A stretch of DNA of 64,000 nt from NCBI GenBank assembly GCA_963804645.1, contig CAWDRG010000009.1, forward strand, positions 648,314-712,313, read 5' to 3'. The position numbers and the translations under genes are program-made. A model generated the notes under the pieces. It had not been told where the DNA came from. It saw only the letters and a program-made list of their open reading frames with translations, and made no database searches. The DNA is from an uncultured Bacillota bacterium. GTDB taxonomy: Bacteria > Sysuimicrobiota > Sysuimicrobiia > Sysuimicrobiales > Segetimicrobiaceae. This document shows positions 47,461 to 56,258 of this stretch, one piece after another. The first letter of the stretch is position 1, and every line of letters begins with the position of its first letter.

Positions 47461-47654
47461 ACGACCCATGAGTGCCATGGGTCGGCGCACAGGCTTATCG
47501 TCCGAGCTGAAGCGCGTCCCGCTGGAGAAATTGCCGCCGTGTACTACATTGTACTGCGTTGTACCATGTACTTTAGACGACGGAAGAACCAACCCGTTTT
47601 ATTATCAGGTCCGCCGTGTTCGTCCAGCGGAGTGCGTCGATGACTTGATCCTGA

Positions 47655-48065
47655 CTACCGCGGTTGTACGTCGATCGGGGGCCCACTCACGTGCATCTGA
47701 TCGCGGATTCGGCCCGCAAACTCTGCCGCTCCGTAGCAGCGGAACTTGAACTCCGTGCCGTCGCGTAGCGCCACGGTCACGACGCGCGTGCCGATTCCGA
47801 AGCGATCAGTAACCGACGTAATGTCCGCCAGGGGTACGCGACGGCTCATATTGTCTTTGTGAACGAATCGGTTCATTGCATTCGGTCGGAAATCGAGACA
47901 ATCTGGCAAGAGATACATGGTGCCACCGACCCATAAGCCCCTATAGTTTGCCTTGAAAAATTTAAGAGCGATCTTTACTTCCGCGTCCATTGGAAATCCC
48001 AACTCAGCGGATTTGATGAGAGCGTTTACTATCTTTTTGGCAACAATGTTTGCTGGCTCCTCCAT
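47655..48065 (-). CDS. GRAM/PH-like domain protein (hypothetical), in AT-rich island
   Basis: MEEPANIVAKK... behind a strong GGAGGTGA RBS. The C-terminal RVPLADITSVTDRFGIGTRVVTVALRDGTEFKFRCYGAAEFAGRI matches the GRAM/bacterial-PH beta-sandwich pattern. Codon usage and local GC are clearly lower than the flanks. Confidence 0.5.
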   Translation of the reverse strand: MEEPANIVAKKIVNALIKSAELGFPMDAEVKIALKFFKANYRGLWVGGTMYLLPDCLDFRPNAMNRFVHKDNMSRRVPLADITSVTDRFGIGTRVVTVALRDGTEFKFRCYGAAEFAGRIRDQMHVSGPPIDVQPR

Positions 48066-48184
48066 GAATTGTTCACCTCCGTCATCTATGTTAGGCACAC
48101 CATGATTTGCAAGCAATAGGCGCGGTGGAGGACCGGCTCGCGCCCTTGACCATGGAACGTATGCTTGCCGTGATGAGCTGCCTC

Positions 48185-48212
48185 GCGGAGTTCACATCCT
48201 TCCCCTTCGCCA
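48185..48212 (+). repeat. degenerate direct repeat of the tRNA-Ser 3' end (T-arm plus acceptor), putative att remnant
   Basis: GCGGAGTTCACATCCTTCCCCTTCGCCA versus the tRNA 3' end GGGGGTTCAAATCCCTCCCCCTCCGCCA. Followed by the same CCCATG..CATGGG hairpin motif seen after the intact tRNA. Confidence 0.45.
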
Positions 48213-48288
48213 AGAACCCATGAAAGACATGGGTGCGCACGCAGCGCCTCTTGTCCGACTCCGATCGCTTCTCGCGCGAACACTCCGA

Positions 48289-48440
48289 CCATGGTAACCG
48301 CTTGTACTACTCCGTTTCGCTATGGCAGGCCGCCGCGCGGACTCGGACGGATGCCCATTTCGTGACGCGGACGTGATCTGGACCGGCATGGGGCGCGCGC
48401 CCGATATCCTGGTGGCTGTGGGGAGCGTATTCTTTGAATT
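48289..48440 (+). repeat. ~150-bp conserved repeat R, copy 1 (function unknown; element end, promoter or ncRNA)
   Basis: CCATGGTAACCGCTTGT...TATGGCAGGCCGCCGCGCGGACTCGGACGGATGCCC...GACGCGGACGTGATCTGGACCGGCATGGGGCGCGCGCCCGATATCCTGGTGGCTGTGGGGAGC is about 90% identical to 49792..49940. Ends just before the RBS of the DUF900-like gene. Confidence 0.5.
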
Positions 48441-48448
48441 GAGGAGAG

Positions 48449-49531
48449 ATGTCAAAACCTGCAGGGGGATGTGCCGTGTCGACTTACGTCACCGTCCCGA
48501 TCGACGAGAATGGCATCATTTCCGATTTATACCTCCCGTCAATTATCTCCGAGTCAACGCACGACCCGTTCCGATTTTCCGATGTGTTCGTCTACTCGCA
48601 CGGTTGGTGGACCAATGCCGCGCAGGCCATGACGGACTATAACCACTTCGTCGTGGATCTCACAAGATGTCTCCTGCAGATAGCTCCGGCGCCGCCGTCC
48701 GATCTCGCCCTCCCCCGGTCGTCATTTCCGATTGCGCTCCATTGGCCGTCTATGATTAGCGAGGACCCAGGTTCTCTTGCGAACGCTGCGGAACTCGCGA
48801 CCTTTTTCTCAATGGGGAAGCGCGCCGACGTTGTCGGCCAACATGGGGTATCATCGCTCGTGAGAATGCTCTACAACGACTGGAACCCGCCGACGTCGGA
48901 CATGAAGTTGCGCCTCAACTTGATCGGGCACAGCTTTGGCTGCCGTGTGGTATGTTCCGGGTTGGCCACGGCGCTCACGACGATTGCTCAGGAGCAGCGC
49001 CGACTTCCCCAGTCAATCCAGTTGAGAGTGGTACTGCTTGCGCCGGCCTTCAACAGCGATGAGCTCCAACATGACCAGGATTACGCTGCGCTCACCGAAC
49101 CGGAATTGGACCTGCGCATCCTGGCAACCCGTTCCGACGGGGACACATCGCTCTGCACGTGGTATCCGCGGGCCGAAGCGCTGAATTTCTTCGCAAAGGA
49201 GCCCGTGACGGCGTTGGGCGGCGCAGGTCCGAGCGCACAGACTCTTTCTGACTTTGCCTCAAGCGGTACCGGTATTTCGGTGGGCCCCGGGTTTACGTAT
49301 AAAGGGGTCGTCACGAACACCGAGCGCCTCGTCGTCGCAGATCTCAGCGCATTGCATGCCGCGAACCCCGATCATGTGACGAGCAAGTTCGCCGGCCATC
49401 ACTCCGACATTTACTACAACGAGATTTACGAGCTGATCGCGGGATTTCTGTTCACGCGTTATCCGTTGGGGGTCGCGCCGCCTCCGGAATCACGCACCCC
49501 TGTTTTAGAATCGCCGGTGACCGCTCGGTAA
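48449..49531 (+). CDS. alpha/beta-hydrolase-fold serine hydrolase, DUF900-like (putative esterase/lipase)
   Basis: VFVYSHGWWTN, IALHWPSM and the nucleophile elbow LIGHSFGCRV (GxSxG) follow the DUF900 order. The start may be the GTG at 48476. Sits in island 2 between tRNA-Ser fragment repeats. Confidence 0.65.
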   Translation: MSKPAGGCAVSTYVTVPIDENGIISDLYLPSIISESTHDPFRFSDVFVYSHGWWTNAAQAMTDYNHFVVDLTRCLLQIAPAPPSDLALPRSSFPIALHWPSMISEDPGSLANAAELATFFSMGKRADVVGQHGVSSLVRMLYNDWNPPTSDMKLRLNLIGHSFGCRVVCSGLATALTTIAQEQRRLPQSIQLRVVLLAPAFNSDELQHDQDYAALTEPELDLRILATRSDGDTSLCTWYPRAEALNFFAKEPVTALGGAGPSAQTLSDFASSGTGISVGPGFTYKGVVTNTERLVVADLSALHAANPDHVTSKFAGHHSDIYYNEIYELIAGFLFTRYPLGVAPPPESRTPVLESPVTAR

Positions 49532-49660
49532 GCGGGCGCGCCGACAAGCCCCGAGATGCTCGGCGAACGGGACGGCTCGAAGGTGTAAATTCAATCGCCG
49601 GGCCAGAATGTCGAGGACGTTCCGCGAGGTCAATCAAACTGGCACAGCTATGGCGGGCGC

Positions 49661-49715
49661 AAAACTGCTAGGAGGGTAACTGCCTCCGGGGGTTCAAATT
49701 CCTCCCCTTCCGCCA
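49661..49715 (+). repeat. direct repeat of the tRNA-Ser 3' portion (anticodon loop to CCA, 55 bp), putative att site
   Basis: AAAACTGCTAGGAGGGTAACTGCCTCCGGGGGTTCAAATTCCTCCCCTTCCGCCA versus the tRNA AAAACCGCTAGGCGGGCAACTGCCTCGGGGGTTCAAATCCCTCCCCCTCCGCCA. There is no matching 5' half, so it is not a tRNA gene. Confidence 0.7.
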
Positions 49716-49791
49716 ATGCCCCATCAACGACATGGGTCGGCACACAAGCGTGCCCGTTTGATTCGAACCGCGTCTTACCCGAGAACTGCGG

Positions 49792-49940
49792 CCATGGTAA
49801 CCGCTTGTCCTGCTTCGCTTCGTTATGGCAGGCCGCCGCGCGGACTCGGACGGATGCCCCACTTCCTGACGCGGACGTGATCTGGAACGGCATGGGGCGC
49901 GCGCCTGATACCCTGGCGGCTGTGGGGAGCTATTATTTAA
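49792..49940 (+). repeat. ~150-bp conserved repeat R, copy 2
   Basis: See copy 1. Same position relative to the tRNA fragment: about 75 bp downstream of the CCA. Confidence 0.5.
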
Positions 49941-50221
49941 CTTTTGCACGAAATCGATCAGTAGGTGAAAGGTACAGCCGCGGGACGAGAGCCGGAAAAC
50001 GTCGAGGGGCGCATCGCAGTAGGCTTTGGGGAGGTGAACCTACAATGGGCGAGCCGGGTGGAAGCTCAGGGGCACCTGATTACGTGATCCGGCCGCCTGC
50101 TGCATTTCGGCCGGAATGTCCATCAAACTATTGGTGCGACGGAACCGTTAGATCTAACGCCTGCTGCGGGTAGTGGACTGCTCCTCTCGGTCGGTGCCCG
50201 CAGGGTGTGGGTCCGGGGAAT

Positions 50222-50659
50222 ATGTTCCTCTCGATCGGTGCCCTGCTTGTTTTGAGTGCGGGCATTGGGCTCGCCCTCTCGATTCTCATTGCGGTGATCT
50301 TCCGCAAGTATGCGACGCCTGAGCATGCCGTCGCTGACAGCTTCAGTGAGTTTCACACACGCCTGAGCCAGCTGCAAGGTCAGTTCTCGAGCGATTGCGC
50401 CAATCCGGTGGTGCCAAGCGGTGGCTCAGCCGACGCGGCCCGGAGAGAGGTAGGCGAACACCTGCATAGCATCAACAAAGAGCTTCGTCGGAACGGGCTG
50501 CCGTGGGTAAGGGGGACAGGCTATATTAGCCTCTGGGAACGCCTGCACCGTGCCGAAGAAGCCCTCATCGAATTTCAGCCTTCGGGGGCGGTCGTCGCGG
50601 GGGCGATCCTGACGCGCAGCGGCTTCGCGGTTCAAAAATTCCACGCTGCGAAGACGTGA
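50222..50659 (+). CDS. hypothetical membrane-anchored protein
   Basis: MFLSIGALLVLSAGIGLALSILIAVIF forms an N-terminal TM helix followed by a soluble domain. No family recognised. Lies in the degraded island. Confidence 0.3.
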   Translation: MFLSIGALLVLSAGIGLALSILIAVIFRKYATPEHAVADSFSEFHTRLSQLQGQFSSDCANPVVPSGGSADAARREVGEHLHSINKELRRNGLPWVRGTGYISLWERLHRAEEALIEFQPSGAVVAGAILTRSGFAVQKFHAAKT

Positions 50660-50779
50660 TCAAGCAACTGGGGCAGGCTGTCGAGGCCATTGATCCGTCC
50701 GCTCGGAAATACCTTTTTGATCCTCCCACAGCGGCTCTGCCACTAGTCATCAAGAGCCAGCGCAGGCTGGACGACGCAA

Positions 50780-51446
50780 TTGTCGGTGTCACGTGGTTTA
50801 GAAGCTCTCGCGGCGAGCGGGGGCACGCCCCCGTACCATTGGACGTCCGACGACGCGACGCTGCCGCAGTGGGCAATGCTGAGCGATACGGGCGTGGTGG
50901 GCGGCACGCCGCCACGGCAGACGGTGGGGCCATGCGGATTTACTGCTCGCGTGACGGATAGCGCCAGCGTGACGGCCACCAAAGATTTTGCTCTAACTGT
51001 CCGCGAGCTGGAGAATGCGACGCTGCTCGATGCGACGTTGGAAGGGCGTACAAGGGAGTCGGGAATCAGCAAGCGGCGTCCGCATACACGAGTGGTCTGA
51101 TCAAAACTCCTTGCAAGGCGGAGTGGGACTTGCGCGAGAGGGCGTGCTGACCGGCGCGCCGGCGACTGCCGGGATGCTTCGCGTTTCGGCGCGGGTCGAA
51201 AGCGAAGGGCAAGAGATCACCGAAGATGTCACATTAGTTGTGAAGACTCCAGCGGATCGGATTGGTGACAGTGACGCAGATCGAGGCACATTGGCGCGGG
51301 GTGTGTTGCGCACTGTTCGCCTCGTCATCGATGAGTTCGCGACCAAAACTGGAACGCGATCGTGCTCGCCCGCAATCGCCTCGCGGAACTCATGTTTCTC
51401 ACGGGACTGCTTGGGTACGCGTTACTCGCGATTGCCATCGGGGTGA
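50780..51446 (+). pseudogene. fragments of a cell-surface protein with putative-Ig (He_PIG / dystroglycan-type cadherin-like) repeats, in two different frames
   Basis: Frame 1 (50780..51100): GGTPPYHWTSDDATLPQWAMLSDTGVVGGTPPRQTVGPCGFTARVTDSASVTATKDFALTV. Frame 2 (51015..51446): LPxG-like ...GVLTGAPATAGMLRVSARVESEGQEITEDVTLVV. Two consecutive repeats of the same domain type in different frames indicate frameshifting. Confidence 0.4.
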
Positions 51447-52478
51447 AGGCGCAACGGAACTCGAAATTGGCTGCTGCAGCGGTTTTCTATCTGGCTGGTG
51501 CGACAACGGGGCTGCTCAGCCGACTGTACAGTGAGTCCCAAGGATAACGCGGTCGTCGGGAGCATTGATCGGACTATGGTCTTGTGCCGATGCGGGTCTG
51601 ACATGCTGGTAGTGTCCGGTTTGGCGGCAATTTTCGGTGTGGTGTTGGTGGCGATGCTGCCGCAAGCTGTGAGTGCGTTCACGAGCGCGGTTGGGGCGGT
51701 GGTAACGCGACCCAGCATGCCGTCGTTGGCAGATATTCTCGATCTCGAAGGGCACCTCGCTTACATCATTGTGGCGGCGGTTTTTGGCCTGACTCCAGGC
51801 TGTTCTTTAACCGGCTCAGGGCCTGGCCGACACTTTTCAAGAAGGATTTGAAATCCACCAGCGCCCATCAGAACGAGGCGTCGATGCGGCAGGGGCGTCG
51901 GTGTGGGGCGCCAGGGTTCAACGGCGGCCCTTCACCATCGCGGAATAGATTACGCGTTGATCCTTTCCGAGTGTAGGATGTGATTATATCGTTCAGTATG
52001 CCCCCCCACATAATATGGGATTTTGAATGCTCTGCCAAAAAAAGGATAGTTTTGAATTTTTCCGTCGAAGAAATGTTCGATCACCAAGCGGTAAGCGCTC
52101 GGTGCCTACCGCCATGTGCCGACGGTCCACACTGACACCCGCCGGACTGCGGCGGATGACGGTACTCGCTGCGCGGCTGTGCTTCCGGATCGAGGGAACG
52201 GGGGGCAGTCAAATGCGGCGTGGCTGGATGCTGACGGTGCTGATCCTCGGTTGCGTGTAAGGTGTCGACGGCACCATCGCTGGCTGAAATCACCGGCATG
52301 CTCCGCCTGATTAAAGCGTCCACGTTGGCGGATACTTTGGAAGAACAGGGATTTGATGGTCTGAAGATGAAGCCGCAGCGCGGCGGCGCTGCCATCTCGC
52401 GGCGAGGACAGGTGCAGCGTCGCAAGCGGGCGGCAGACAGTTGACGACGTAGTCAATGCAACCCTCCGCGAGGGGGGC

Positions 52479-53268
52479 GTGGAAATGGGGACGCGGCTGC
52501 AAGGGAAGGTGGCCCTTATCACCCGGGCATCTCAGGGAATGGGACGCACCGCGGCGATCTGTTCGCGAAGAAGGGGCGCGTGTCGCGATCGTCGACGTGG
52601 ACGAGGCGCAGGGCGTCGAGGTCGCCGGCATCATCACCTCCGCCGGCGGGGAGGCGCTGTTGGTCCGCGCGGACGTCAGCGACGCCGGGCAGGCCCGCGC
52701 GGCCGCCGATGCGACCGTCGCCCGGTTCGGCCGCCTCGACGTGCTCTTCAACAACGCGGCCGTCCGCGCGAACGGCGCGCTCCACGAAATGTCCGAGGAA
52801 GACTGGGATCGCGTCGTCGCCGTCAACCTCCGAGGCGTGTTCCTAATGTCCAAGTTCGCCATCCCGTATATGATGAAGCAGGGAGGCGGCTCGATCATCA
52901 ACATGTCGTCGGCTGTAGCGTTCGTCGCCATGGAGCGGCGGGCGGCGTATATTGCGACGAAAGGCGCCGTGCTGGCGCTCACGCGCGCGATGGCGACGGA
53001 CTACGCGGACCACCACATCCCCGTGAACGCGTTGTGCCCCGGGACCGTGGCGACACCGCGTCTGGTCGCGTCCCTCCGGCCGCCGGGCGCCGGGGCGCAG
53101 GCAACATACTGCCGGTCATCTACACGTCAGGGGACGCTGGCCCGGCCGGATGAACTTGAGGCCGCGGCGCTGTTTCTGGCTTCCGACGACTCCAGCTTCA
53201 TGACGGGCGCCCCGCTGAACGTCGACGGCGGGTTCATCGCTGGCCGGCGGGCGTGGCCGGCCCAATGA
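52479..53268 (+). pseudogene. SDR-family oxidoreductase disrupted by two 1-nt deletions
   Basis: N-terminus MEMGTRLQGKVALITRASQGMGRTAAI is in frame 52479. The rest (EEGARVAIVDVD...NNAA...YIATKGAV...LASDDSSFMTGAPLNVDGG) is in frame 52456. The intervening 15 nt read LFAK in the third frame, implying two single-base deletions within GCGGCGATCTGTTCGCGAAGAAGGGG. Confidence 0.6.
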
Positions 53269-53638
53269 CCCGCAGACCACCGCGCCGCACCCACGGCGCG
53301 GTCGGGAAAGAGGCGTGAGAGCTGTGGCAACGGTGATCGAGGCTCCGGCGCAGGCACCTACCGCATCGCTGGCCCGGTTCATCGCCGGCCTCGGGGACAG
53401 CCGCTGCACGCATATCGATGAGGCCGCGTGCTGGGCGCCGTCCCCGAAAGCTCGCGGCCAGGAAGCCTGGGCGAGCTCGTCCCTGCGGAAGGCGCGGACG
53501 ACGGATTCGAGCGGTGTGACGCCGCTCTTGAAGAGTCCGCCTCCTCCTAGAGGCCCTTCGCTCCTCCGGCATCAGGTTATGCCGTCACGTGCGGCTTACC
53601 GTCCACTACCTCCCACTACCCGTCTGTTACAAGACGCT

Positions 53639-54275
53639 CTAGCCGTTCCAGCGTGAGGTCGCACAAGAATTAACAACCAGCGTCGCGGAGGAGAAATCAT
53701 TGGTCCGTGTGTGCGCGGTTGGAACGGCGACCACTGGCATTCCAGCATCTCGGGCAGCTAGCACGCCTTTTTCCGCGTCCTCCAGCACCACACATCTGGC
53801 AGGCTCCGCCCCGAGATGTTGAACGGTATGAAGAAACACATCGGGATAGGGTTTGGCGCGCGGGACACTTTCTCTGGTCGCAATCACGTCAAACACACTT
53901 GCAGCACCGATCTTGCGAAGCACGGGGTCGACATCCACCCGAAACGCAGACGTGGCCAGCGCGAGGCGCACGTGTGACCGCAGGGCGTCAATCAGTTCGA
54001 GCGCACACGGCATCGGTTGCAGTTCGGCCTCCAGCAGCGTCGAATAGTAAATCAGCTTGCGTCCTCTCAGCACCTCTGGGTCGCGTCGGACGCCACGGGC
54101 GCGTAGGTAACTCGATGCCACCGGCGCTCGGATCGACAACGCATATCATCAACCGAGCGGCATGCCAATTTCTGCGAGCGTGTCTAGCCAAGACCGGTAA
54201 CGCAGGCCTTCCGTGTCAACGAGAAGTCCGTCAAGGTCGAAAATAACGGCCTGCAGCGCTGCCGCGGATGGCATG
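53639..54275 (-). pseudogene. HAD-superfamily hydrolase (subfamily IA) interrupted by two consecutive in-frame TGA codons
   Basis: Minus strand: MPSAAALQAVIFDLDGLLVDTEGLRYRSWLDTLAEIGMPLG-TGA-TGA-YALSIRAPVASSYL...KPYPDVFLHTVQHLGAEPARCVVLEDAEKGVLAARDAGMPVVAV. The HAD motif I DxD (FDLDG) and motifs III/IV are in the same frame, separated only by TGATGA. Confidence 0.55.
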
Positions 54276-54279
54276 ATCG

Positions 54280-55021
54280 TTAGCGGTACCCGCCGTAGAT
54301 CGCGTGTCCGGCATACATCCAGAAACAGTCAACGATCTGGAATCCGACTTCGCGTAGCCAGTCCAACTGGTCGACGAGGCGAGACGGCTGATCCACCGGA
54401 TCCGGCACATCCAGCCGGTAGTGGTTCCAGCGATCATCTCCAAACCCATCGCGCGCGCGCGCATCGCCGAACCTGCGCAGGCTCCGCTCTTGGACCGCCT
54501 CGTCCCACTGCGAAGCAAAGAGACGCGCCACATGAGGCGTCGCCGCCTCGACGAGATCAGCGACGAGGAGCGCGCCCCCGGGCTCCAAGCGCGCGGCCAA
54601 ATCCGCGAACAGACGCCGTTTCTCAGGCCCAGGGATATGGTGAATCGCAAGCGAGGAGATCACACACCGCAACGATACCGGAAGAGTGGCCCGCCAATCG
54701 TCGGTACTGTGAGCAACATCTGCGTGCTGCACACGTCGCCGAAGATCCGAGCAACCGCCGCTCTCGCTCCAGCATCACGTCGGAACCGTCGAACGCGAGC
54801 ACCTGGCACCGGGGAAATCGCTCGAGCATCTCCTTAGCAAACGTCCCATCGCCCGCAGCGAGCTCGACGATCGTGAACGTTTCGTCAGCGTCAGCCGGGA
54901 TCAGGTCGAGAAGAACGCGCCGCTGCTCTTCGCGTGCAGGAACGTACCCGTCGCCGATCTCGGCGAATCGCTCAGAGTCGGCTTCAGTCCAGCGCGACGG
55001 ATCGCCGGGATTGCGTAACAT
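54280..55021 (-). pseudogene. class I SAM-dependent methyltransferase split by a frameshift
   Basis: N-terminal part (MLRNPGDPSRWTE...ETFTIVELAAGDGTFAKEMLERFPRCQVLAFDGSDVMLERERRLLG) is in frame 54623..55345. The C-terminal part (...VISSLAIHHIPGPEKRRLFADLAARLEPGGALLVADLV...) is in frame 54280..54732. They overlap about 110 nt. Confidence 0.55.
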
Positions 55022-55365
55022 GATCTCGGCAAAATTCGCGATTGTCAGTGATTGCTCCCGCTCTACCAACGGTAGAGGGTGCCACACAAGTGTTTGCTGA
55101 AATGATACATGCCGTTCGCTGAACGTTCGCTGGCGTGCCCAGAGAACGGGACGCCATGAAAGGAGGTGGGTTTTCGGAACGAGGCGATCTCGTGCAAGCT
55201 CGTGTTCGCCTACCGGTGGAAGTCCGGTCCGGGTAAGCGCCAGGGCGCCCGGTAGCAGGCTCCTGGTGCGAGGTGGAAACGCCTGGCACTGAAGCGGAGC
55301 GTCGAAGGCCTGAAGTCGAGGAAGCGACCGCTCAGCCCGTAACATGACGTGAATCCTGCCGCCTC

Positions 55366-56174
55366 GTGAAGTTAACCCCGCAAGGGGACCAGAGGGAGCC
55401 GAGTCGGGTAGTTCGCGACGAAGGCCATGGAAAGCGTGAAGCGCTTGGAGATGCAGCGCTGAAGGACCCTCCGGGGTATGGGGAGCGGGATGAGCGGAAG
55501 GTGGACACGGGAACTGGGGACACCCGCCCCCCGGGTGACGGACCGTTTCCGGCCGTTGTACTTCTCCCCGGCTGTGACGGGAGCTTCGACACGATCAACG
55601 AACACTACTTGGCGCTCTTTCAGCAACAAGGGTACGTCGTACTCGCGCTTGATGTGCACGGGTCGAGACACGTCTGCCCAAACTTGTCGGCGCTTCCTTC
55701 CTTTACCGTAGCGAAAGACGCGATCGGCGCGCACGTCTATCTGCGTTCGCTCCCCTATGTTGACGCGAACCGTATCGCGGTCGTGGGATGGAGCCTGGGA
55801 GGCGAAGCCGCCTCGTCCGCGGGCAACAAGGGATCGATCGTCGGCGCGCTCACTGAGTGGTGCCGGCTGCCTTCGCGTTCTATCCGGATTGCGAGTATCT
55901 TCTGCATTACGCGAAAGATGCTCGCGTCCCCACGCTCATCCTGATTGGGCAGGCGGACGACTGGGATTCGCCTAGCGAGTGCCAGGACGCCGCGCAGGCC
56001 TCGCAGCAGAACGGGCAGCCGGTCACGATCCAGACGTTCCCCGGAGCGCCTCACGCGTTCGACGTGGCTCCGAAACCGATTGTGTATCTGGGGCACAAGG
56101 AGGCGTACGATGCGGCGGCAGCAGCAGTGGCCCAGAGCGCGCTGCTGAGTTTTCTCGGGGACAATTTCAAATAG
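55366..56174 (+). pseudogene. dienelactone-hydrolase-family alpha/beta hydrolase split by a frameshift
   Basis: PAVVLLPGCDG...GYVVLALD...IAVVGWSLGGEAAS (nucleophile elbow) is in frame 55366..55944. The remainder (AAFAFYPDCEY...VPTLILIGQADDWDSP...FPGAPHAFD) is in frame 55857..56174. Confidence 0.55.
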
Positions 56175-56212
56175 CACGGCTATTTCACCACCCAGGTCCT
56201 AGCGGCGGCGGT

Positions 56213-56258
56213 GGGGCCGGCAACTGCCCCGGGGGTTCAAATCCATCACCCTCCGCCA
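56213..56258 (+). repeat. direct repeat of the tRNA-Ser 3' portion (variable arm to CCA, 46 bp), distal att remnant
   Basis: GGCCGGCAACTGCCCCGGGGGTTCAAATCCATCACCCTCCGCCA versus the tRNA GGCGGGCAACTGCCTCGGGGGTTCAAATCCCTCCCCCTCCGCCA. Confidence 0.7.

Noticed and set aside
47332-47592. ORFs containing MGRWRRGRDLNPRGS-like peptides overlapping the tRNA-Ser gene and each tRNA fragment (also 49668..49949 - and 56199..56417 -)
   Set aside because: The conserved peptide is simply the reverse-complement translation of the tRNA T-arm/acceptor sequence (GGGGGTTCAAATCC gives DLNP). The similarity is at the DNA level and reflects the att repeats, not a protein family.
48192-48455. Minus-strand ORFs across the 150-bp repeat R (MTSLLNSKNTLPTATRISGARPMPVQITSASRNGHPSESARRPAI..., and the copy at 49668..49949)
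   Set aside because: The two copies share a short peptide only where the DNA is identical, and diverge elsewhere in a way inconsistent with purifying selection on a protein. The composition is S/R/P-rich. They were treated as non-coding repeats.
50656-50961. 101-aa ORF (MIKQLGQAVEAIDPSARKYLF...) overlapping the putative-Ig repeat fragment
   Set aside because: It overlaps out-of-frame with the putative-Ig repeat pseudogene fragment and has no domain support. It is probably part of the degraded island rather than an intact gene.
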